A DNA stretch of 64,000 nt, taken from positions 9,858,001 to 9,922,000 of the forward strand of contig OX597824.1 of assembly GCA_951406725.2 (NCBI GenBank), read 5' to 3'. Origin of the DNA: Octopus vulgaris. Taxonomy: Eukaryota. A program made the position numbers and the translations under genes. Every line of letters starts with the position of its first letter. Position 1 is the first letter of the stretch. Under the pieces are notes generated by a model that saw only the letters and a list, made by a program, of their open reading frames with translations, was not told the DNA's origin and searched no databases. Shown here one piece after another: positions 54,614 through 64,000 of the stretch.

Positions 54614-54935
54614 TCACTCTGTAAAGTAGTTTACTAGAAAGGTCATTCAGCTTCAGAACCTTGCCGAAGCAAGTACTGGAGTACAACACAGTCCTTCAAC
54701 TCATTGGATCCTGTTGAATCAGTCATTCATTCCATTTTGTATAAGAGACGTCGGATGTAAACAAACAAACAACGAGCTCGAAGATGAAACGGGGGTAATG
54801 AGCATATATGCCATATTTTGAGGGGTTTTGCCCCTTCATCAGCACCCATCTAACCCTTTAATCACCCTCGAACGCATTTATTAAATAACCACCACACATG
54901 GCAGTGTAAAGTTATTGAATATACCAATTTACATA

Positions 54936-55169
54936 TTTGCTTCTTTACTACCCACAAGGGGCTAAACACAGAAGGGAGAAACAAGGACAGACAAACGGAT
55001 TAAGTCGATTATATCGACCCCAGTGCATAACTGGTACTTAATTTATTGAACCCCGAAAGGATGAAAGGCAAAGTCGACCTCAGCGGAATTTGAACTCAGA
55101 ACGTAGCGACAGACGAAATACGGCTACGCATTTCGCCCAGCGTGCTAACGATTCTGCCAGCTCACCGCC
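54936..55169 (-). mobile_element. SINE family A monomer
   Basis: Head and body match. Confidence 0.9.
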
Positions 55170-55610
55170 CTTTTTACCAATATATTAAACGCATTCGATC
55201 TCATTGTTTGTTTGCTTACATCTGACGTCTCGTATACTGAAGAAAGTCAGTGCAAGCAATAATTTCTATAGACTATATGAAGAAATAATCTTAACAAAAT
55301 ACAGCAAATAACGTAGTCTTGCAAACTCGGTAAAAAGTTGGATTGTTACGGATAGAAGACTTTCCATTTTACTCTACTGCAATCGAAAGATTCCGAAGAA
55401 ATTGTGGTTTTCATTAATCCATGGAAATATTGGAAAATATTGAGAATATAGTTCGGAAATTTGGATGGATTATTAAAAATATATCGTCTTTGATGCCATA
55501 ATACTTTAACAGAATAAAATATTTTCCTGCGTCTTTTTTACTTCTCTCTCAGGAAGATACCACAACGGTTTTTTTTTATTTCTCTTTATCTTCCTCAGTT
55601 TCTCTCCCAC

Positions 55611-55675
<65 letters not shown>

Positions 55676-55776
55676 TTTCTGTAAATATTTCTGCAAGTTG
55701 TATAACTCGACAGATGACAGCAGATATATTTAACATATAGATATCAGTCTATTCCAGTCTACTCCAGAATCTAATA

Positions 55777-56166
55777 TCTATATATATAAAGCTGAAGTTG
55801 TCTGTGTGCGGCAGGTTTGGTAGCCTTCAACTAACACTATCTCCTCCGAGACCCTGCGACACAAGTTGACCAAAATTGAGAGTATGATAGAAGAAGGCTT
55901 GCTCTTCCTTCCGTAGAAGAAAAAATTCAAATCAGACCATGTTAAGATCAAAAATTATTTACATCAAAAAGGTGCTTATTTTCTATGAAAATCCCTATTT
56001 TTTACGATTTTTTAACTGCTGTGTTGCCATTTTTCGGTGTATTTCAACCAGAAAAATGTTCACTTAAAGAGAATAACAAGCTACATAATGCAAAATATTT
56101 ACTTTTCAAAAATTCCAATTCTAAAGGGTCGAAACAAACCCGAGCAACGCCGGGCGATACTGCTAG
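55777..56166 (+). mobile_element. Non-autonomous Helitron-like element, subfamily 2
   Basis: A|TCTATATATATAAAGCTG ... CCCGAGCAACGCCGGGCGATACTGCTAG|T. Confidence 0.88.
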
Positions 56167-56833
56167 TTATTATGTATGAAAAAGTGACACCGCAGGCATG
56201 TACAATCCATATCTGTACATCTACACTTCGTAAGGAAGTATAACAATCAATGTATAACAAAGGAAGTATAACAATCCTTACTTCGTAAAGAAGTATAACA
56301 ATCAGTGGGTCTACATTTCTTAACCATCAGTATGCCGACGGGGTGGCCAAATAGTCACTATATCACACACAACTTCCCTACACACGAAATGACACACGAG
56401 AACATTTTGTCCACCATCTACACATTTCGTGAAAGACAGAATAGTCATGACTGGATTGTCATATATTTGTTTGGCCAAAACCAACCTCGAGATGAATAGC
56501 AATATTCAAAGTGTAATTAAATGGAGGAAAATGCAGGTGAAAATCATGATGTTGCTGTGTATATAAAATGTTTCCCTCAGGTGTTTAACCGTGGCCATAT
56601 TGTTCATAACATTAATACGTCGCAGCTTCTATTTATTCAATGAAATATTGGAGAATAATATTAAGAATATAGTGGAGGAATTTGGATGAAATATTTTCAA
56701 AATGTCTAAAACGTCATCATTCCTTTAGTTCTCCATTAATTCTAAAGACATTAACAACAATATTCACAATTTTTCTAACATCCTAACATATCTCTCTACA
56801 TCTTTCTCCAATTCACTTTCGCTCTCTCTCTCT

Positions 56834-56927
<94 letters not shown>

Positions 56928-56957
56928 TTCACTCATACACACTCACTCACTCACTCT

Positions 56958-56989
<32 letters not shown>

Positions 56990-57439
56990 GAGCATACATC
57001 GACACACACATACTGATTGTGCTATATTTACTAAGCACAATATTACTGACGGTACACAAGCCAGTTCATCGTTTTCAAGCATTATCTATCGGAGACTACA
57101 TTATCTATTGTGTCCTTCCTTTTTGCACACATACAGCGATAACTTCAGTCTTTCATGCCAGCTGCTATGTCTAGCAAAACCATAACTACCATTGACTAAC
57201 TTAGATCCAATGTTCCTTCATTGAAATTTCAACATCAACAACAGGGTATTTTTGTCTGTTTGTTTGTTTGTTTGTATGTATGTATGTATGTATGTATGTA
57301 TGTATATATATATGTATCTTTATGTGTATGTATGTATGTAATGTATGTATGTATGTATGTATGTATGTATGTGCAGATTTGAATATTTTATATATGCATT
57401 CTCATGCATATAGTTGCATATCTAGACATGCTCATATAT

Positions 57440-58270
57440 ATTTAAATGATAATTTCCTGGAATGTTTTACAGTTCCAATGATGAATTGGGTCTGTAGTCT
57501 TCGAATTAGCTTTCTCCTTTCTAGTTTTGGGAAGGCTAACTTCTCAAGATTGGTATTTAGGCAGTGTGTTACATATCCCAAGGCCCAATAATTACAGGTA
57601 TAAACCTGAACTTGTAATTTGAGTAAAGTAACTTCAGATTTCTCAATAGTTCAGCGTAGGTGTTCTCTTTTTCGCTGATTTTCAGTTTTATGTTAACATC
57701 CGCTCAACAGCTAATTTCCACAACTGTGCAGAGTTTCTCTTCTCTATTCCAAATCATTATATTCTTACATTTTATTGCGGTCTTCACGGGTATATTTCAC
57801 CAGTATTCCTTTTTATTATAAGTGGCTATGGCTTCTACCATATTGTGGGTTCTTATTTCTTTGTCCTCGGGATTATCTTTCCGACGGATTTCATTATAGA
57901 GTGTTCTAGCTACAACGTCATGTCTCATCGGTAGATAATACCGTGATGACATTTTCGAACAACTGCTTATGACGTGGGTGATATCTTCGATGTTAACTCC
58001 ACAAAGTCTGCATCTCTATCCCTTTTGTGCATCAGGTAAATGGTTGATATTTCCTGTTCCTGGATTGCAAACGCGTACCCTTCAAAGTGGGAGGTAGTAA
58101 TCCGGCTATTGGTCCATGATAAACTGCTTTGATGATTGATGTTACTATCATCACGGAGCTTTCTACTAACATATCCATGCATAGTCTTCTGCTCATATAG
58201 ACACATTCTTTTATCTGACAATACGTTGCGGTAGAGTCATGTGACTTCTTTGAGCATGTATTCTAGATTA
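57440..58270 (-). mobile_element. Decayed R4/Dong-clade ORF fragment (post-RT region plus REL domain)
   Basis: KTMHG...SLSW...HFEGYAFAIQEQEIST, then the RHDVVAR and IPVII-G.LGYV motifs across frameshifts. Confidence 0.82.
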
Positions 58271-59171
58271 TCATTTATGTATGTATGTATGTATGTATGT
58301 GTGTATGTATGTATGTATGTATGTAGGGAAGTTCACACCCACGCATTTATATATAAATATATATTTCTCAACACGATCTTTAAAGACTTTAAGCTCCAAC
58401 TTCCTTTAAATGAAATTTATAACAAAACAGAAAGAAAGTTATGTATCTTCGTTTAAATCTCTCTTAAAAACATTCGTTTTTCTCTGTTAAATTTTAATAA
58501 TTTGCTTTTTTCCCCAACAAGGAACGCCCATGTGCCTATCTATACATCTATCTATCTATCTGTCTATCCATCTATCACCGTTTTTCACTCGATATGCCAT
58601 CCAATAAATACACAAGTAACCTAGACGACTCACAGTTATCGTCCACTTCAGTTTCTTCGATTCAATCGTTTCAGAAAATTGTTGAATAATCATCATTTTT
58701 TAAAATCATTTAATAATTTCATTATTGAACAGTTTTTCATGAATAAAAACCGTGCAATTTCGCAAAGTCAAGCCAGTGACGTAATGCACTTCCTCCTCCT
58801 CTCCCACTCTCACCTCTCACCTCTCTTTCTCTCCCTCTTTCTCTCTCTCTCCCTTTGTGTATGTGTATGCATTTATGTATGGTATGTGTGTATGTAAGTG
58901 TGTTTATATTTGTGCGAATGTATGTACGTATGTGTATGCCTATGTATGCATTTATATACGCACGCTAATATATTTCTCAAAGCGATTCTTAATAAAGACA
59001 TTAAGCTACTAATTCTTTTAAATAAAGTTTAGTTCACAGAAAAAAAAACGAATTTTCGCTCTTTTAATTTAACAAAACACAACTTACGAATAAATATTAA
59101 TTATTTTAGTCAGTAAAATGTTAATAAGTTACTCTCTTTACAATAAGAAATGTTATTAATTTGTTTTTCTA

Positions 59172-59220
<49 letters not shown>

Positions 59221-60004
59221 TTATCTATCTATCTACCTATCTATCTATCTATCTACCTATCTATCTCCATCTCGCTCTCCTTCTCTCGGGCTCACTGTGC
59301 AATTTACCTAAACCTACAAAACACGGCAGATATACGGAACATAGATATATTATGCCCAGTAGTTGCTAGAGCATTCCAGAATATCGTTGTTATCATGTTC
59401 GAAAACGTAATACTGCAACCATGTATGAATCCATAAAAATTCATCTGCAATTCGTAAAAATAAATATCCATCAACGAGTCCATATTTCGTAGCTGTCAAT
59501 GAGCCGACGAGGAAGCTAAATCGCCGTCATATCACATCCAATTTTCCTTTACACAGAAAGATACCTTAGAAAATATAGTCTCCCATCTACACATTGCTCA
59601 GATAAAAGACAAATCGTCACGGCTGGATTGCCTTTTCTTATGCATTTGTTTGATCAAAATTGGCTTGGTAATAAACAACAACAACAACAGCAATTTGAAT
59701 GGTGTCCATGAAATATGGGAGAAAATGAAGCGTTGGAAGATCATTCAAAGTAGAAATTCATACTCAACTTATATAAAGTGATGTTACTGTGCGTATAAAA
59801 TGGTGCCCTGAGGTATTTTTTACCGGAGCCATATTGTTAATAACGGTGCTTCTATTTATTCAATGAAATATTGGCAAATAATATAGTAGATAGTGGAGGA
59901 ATTTGAATGAAATATTTTCAGAATATCTATAATGTCATCATTCCGTGAATGAAACTATCATTTTCCAGCGTCTTTTTTTCGTTCTCCATCAATTGTTAAA
60001 TACA

Positions 60005-60394
60005 CTAGCAGTATCGCCCGGCGTTGCTCGGGTTTGTTTCGACCCTTTACAATTGGAATTTTTGAAAAGTAAAACTTTTGCATTATGTAGCTTGTTATTC
60101 TCTTTAAGTGAACATTTCCTGGTTGAAATACACCGAAAAATGGCGACACAGCAGTAGAAAAATCGTAAAAAAATAGGGATATTCATAGAAAAAAAGCACC
60201 TTTTTGATGTAAATAATTTTTGGTGTTAACATGGTCCGATTTGAATTTTTTCTTCTACGGAAGGAAGAGCAAGCCTTCTTCTATCATACTCTCAATTTTA
60301 GTCAACTTGTGCTGCAGGGTCTCGGAGGAGATAGTGTTAGTTGAAGGCTACCAAAACTGCCACACACAGACAACTTCAGCTTTATATAGAGAGA
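60005..60394 (-). mobile_element. Non-autonomous Helitron-like element, subfamily 2
   Basis: Reverse complement of 55777-56166, with CTAG at 60005. Confidence 0.88.
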
Positions 60395-60786
60395 TTAACA
60401 ACTGTATTTACATTGGAGCTTCTACTTATTCAATGAAATATTGGGAAACATTGAGAATATAGTGGAGGACAGTTCGATGTGATGAATTATTATCTCTCAA
60501 AATATCTATGATAGTAAAATCTCCTAAATAAAACAATTTTCTCCCTTCCTCTTTAGTTTTCTATCAATTGTCAACTAACAACGATTTTCAGTTTCTCTCT
60601 CACCCCATTCTCTCTTTCTCTCTGCTCGGGTAAGTGAAAAAGTATTTTACGTTTCGAGCCTACGCTCTTCAACAGAAGAGAATAGGAGGAAATTAAGAGA
60701 GAGAATATAAAAAACTTGTGGATTTAGCGGTCAAACATATATATATATATATATGTGTGTGTATGTGTGTGTGTGTGTGTGTATAC

Positions 60787-60829
<43 letters not shown>

Positions 60830-60837
60830 TGTGTGTG

Positions 60838-60897
<60 letters not shown>

Positions 60898-61494
60898 CAT
60901 AAGTATATATATATCTTCCTCTCGAATTTATATAAATCTAAATAAGACGGCAGATATATTCAACATATAGAAGTCTCCAGACTTGTGTTCTCTAGATTCC
61001 AGACTATTTTACAATCTAGTTATCATGTACGAAATAGTGTCACTGCAGCCATAACAGTTTATCTACATTTTGTAAGACTGGATAACTGTCATTGCGTCTT
61101 CATTTCATAACCATTAATGTTCCTACGAGGAAGTTAAATAGCCATTAGATCACACCTTTGGGTCCTTAACACGGTGAGATACATTGGAACATGTTGGAAC
61201 ATGTAGTCTGACACCTAGATAATGACAGGATAATTTTGCCTGGGATTGCTTTGCGTCATAGATTCGTTTCACTCGATATGGAGATCAGCAGCAACAACGA
61301 TAACAAGGAAAGTGTAATTAAAGGAAGTCTCCGAAATACAGAAGATAATGTAATTGTAGAAGATCGTTCCATGCTGAAGATTATTCTCAACTTATAACGA
61401 GTAATCTTACGAAATATGTAGAAAGCTCCCCTGGGGTGTTTTTACTGAAATTGTATTCTTCATAGCAATAATACTTCCTTCACAAGAAATCACA

Positions 61495-61983
61495 TCTATC
61501 TTTCTGTCTATACATCTATCCATCTATCTTTCTGTCTATCTACCTATCTATCTAGCTAGCTAGCTATCTATTTATTTACTCATCTATCTACCGGGTAACC
61601 TATCGACCTATACATCCACCTATCTACTTATCTATTTTTCTATCTGTTTATCTATCTACCTATCTACCTATCTATCTATCTGCCTATCTACCTATCTATC
61701 TATCTATATAACTGTCTATCTATCAACTACCTACCTATCTATCGAGCTACCTCTCTATCTATTTAGTTTTCTATCTATCTATACATCCACCTATCTGTCT
61801 ATCTACCTATCTATCTACCTACGTATATATCTATCTGTCTCTATGTATGTACGTACGTACGTACGTACGTACATACATACATACATACATACATACATAC
61901 ATACATACATACATACATACATACATACATACATACATACATACATACATACATACATACATACATACATACATACATACATA
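61495..61983. repeat. Degenerate (CTAT)n followed by (TACA)n
   Basis: Directly visible. Confidence 0.93.
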
Positions 61984-62501
61984 CCATTAACACCAAGGAT
62001 TTATTCTCCAAGGAATTATTTCTCTACTTTCGGGATCTTTTTTTTCATTTTCTTCTAACCACTTGATTTTTGCAATTCTCAGTGGATTATTTTCAAATTT
62101 TCTGCTCAGATGTAGATTTACATGTTGACAAATATTGCCAAAAGATTACTAATAAACAAGATAGAAGCATTTAAAGTTGTATATTTTTAGCCAATAAAAT
62201 GAGTCCTGTGTCCTCACCAACGGAAGTTGAAACTGTCAGTTGCCATATTTTACCATCGCAACAAACAGACTACCGCTAAAAATGTAGATAATTTCGTTAA
62301 TTTCATAACCATCCTGGTGTATTTCAAGAGAACCGTGAAAACTGAAATGTTTTTTGTTTTGCTTTTAAGAATTTGATAAAACAAACAAACGAAAAGGGAG
62401 TTTTTTTAATACAAAAAGAAAAGAATTTCATTGAAAGAAAACAACGATCAAATATTTTCGACCTGCCGCTAGAAATAACAACCATATGCACACATGCACA
62501 T

Positions 62502-62532
<31 letters not shown>

Positions 62533-62595
62533 TTCATATACACACATATATATATATATATTTAGATAGTAAGGGATTACTATTATATATATATA

Positions 62596-62897
62596 TTGTT
62601 GTTGTTGTTGTTCTTTGTTCCTTCTCGAGCCACGCCTGGCTCATAAGGGCCGGTTTCCCGGTTTCCTTGGCGTATAGGTTCCCCACCTGGACGGGACGCC
62701 GGTCCGTCGCAGGTGAGCTGCAAGATGCAGAAGGAAAGAGTGAGAGAGAGTTGTGATGAAAGAGTCAGCAGAAGTTCGCCATTACCTTCTGCCGGAACCG
62801 CGTGGAGCTTAGGTGTTTTGTTCATAAAAACACACATCGCCCGGTCTGAGATTCGAACCCGCGAGTCCACGGATCTAACCACTAGGCCATGTGCCTC

Positions 62898-62900
<3 letters not shown>
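62596..62900 (-). mobile_element. SINE family C
   Basis: Near-identical to 16146-16450. Confidence 0.9.
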
Positions 62901-62961
<61 letters not shown>

Positions 62962-63377
62962 AATTAGTAAATAAATGGCACAACTAAGTACTGGAAATAG
63001 CGAGTGTGTTAGTATTAATGTGGTAACATCGTAGATTTCGTCTTGGTATATGTTTGGCTGAAGAAGGTAAAGCAAAATATGAGTGAGAGACATATCTTGC
63101 AAAACCTGAAACCTGCAGGTACCACATTATCCATTTTCCGGGTGTTTCATCTTTCAGATGTTCTCCCTGGAGGTAAGACGGTTTTTTTTTTCTCTATTTT
63201 GTTGCACACACGCATTTTGCTAATACATACGCGGTGAAGCTACACATTAGCGTCGTAATTTTACGTTCGCTATTTCCAGTAAATATCGGTACTTAGTTGT
63301 GCCATTTATTTACTAATTTGTGTATTTTTCCCTCACGGGCTACTTTTTACTGGAAGGCAATACTTTGTATTGCATTA

Positions 63378-63467
<90 letters not shown>

Positions 63468-63487
63468 TGTATGTATGTATGTATGTA

Positions 63488-64000
63488 CAGGCATACTTCG
63501 GCTTAACTCGTTTCGATTTAAGCCGTCCTCTATTATACGTCAGTTTCCAAAAGTATATATATGGGAAAATAAAAAACAAGTTAAGTCATTTTACTCGACT
63601 TTACGTCTGTCCGCCACAAATATTGGAATCGTAAACTCACTAGAAAACCATTAAAAGCACCTAAAGCATATTACTGTACAATAAATAAGAATAAAAGCAT
63701 ATAAAATCATATTAAAATACGTAAAGTAAATGTTAAGATACACACCATAAAGTAGTGTAGGTTAGTGAATGAAATGATGAAATCAGCTGTGTTGTCTTGT
63801 TCTTTCGCAGTTCATATTACACTGTAGTTCCAATATCTATCGTTAGGTGTCGTTGTTACTTGTGTTTCCCGCGATTGTTTTGAATTCAGATTTATTTACG
63901 TCGGTTTATCGGTTACTTTCTCATTCTCATTCATTTGTCATTTTATATTTTGCGCCCATGGCTCCTAAGAAAATTCATAGTGAAAGTGTTAAGCGTCATT
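63488..64000 (+). mobile_element. Probable left end of a Tigger/pogo-like DNA transposon
   Basis: TA-CAGGCATACTTCG TIR-like start; ATG at 63958 gives MAPKKIHSESVKRH, typical of pogo transposase N-termini; truncated by the window edge. Confidence 0.5.

Noticed and set aside
56222-56303. loxP-like ACTTCGTA..GAAGTAT repeated twice
   Set aside because: It is a short local tandem duplication and lacks the 13-8-13 architecture.

Overview
AT-rich eukaryotic genomic DNA that is almost entirely repetitive. The mix of tRNA-derived SINE families, very dense TA/TG/TATG/TAA/GATA microsatellites, Penelope and R4/Dong relics resembles a coleoid cephalopod (octopus) genome; this is inferred from pattern recognition, not a database match. 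I can support no intact host protein-coding gene. Nearly all ORF-track entries are translations of microsatellites or SINEs. Recognisable content: (1) four SINE families in many copies, some multimeric, nested or inverted; (2) decayed retroelement coding fragments (Penelope RT plus GIY-YIG, R4/Dong REL endonuclease in (TAA)n, RTE and CR1/L2-like 3' ends); (3) non-autonomous DNA elements (four Helitron-like copies, one Helentron/DINE-like element, hAT and mariner MITEs, and the start of a Tigger/pogo-like element). The most notable observations are many minimal type-I hammerhead-ribozyme-like motifs, including a ~397-bp tandem unit with one motif per copy (retrozyme-like); a TSD-flanked 463-bp insertion resembling an EF-hand mRNA retrocopy, with its empty site preserved nearby; a well-spaced Pol II promoter-like cassette; and an old co-oriented multi-copy non-coding module spanning about 38-61.5 kb. 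Coordinates were read by eye and element ends may be off by a few bases.
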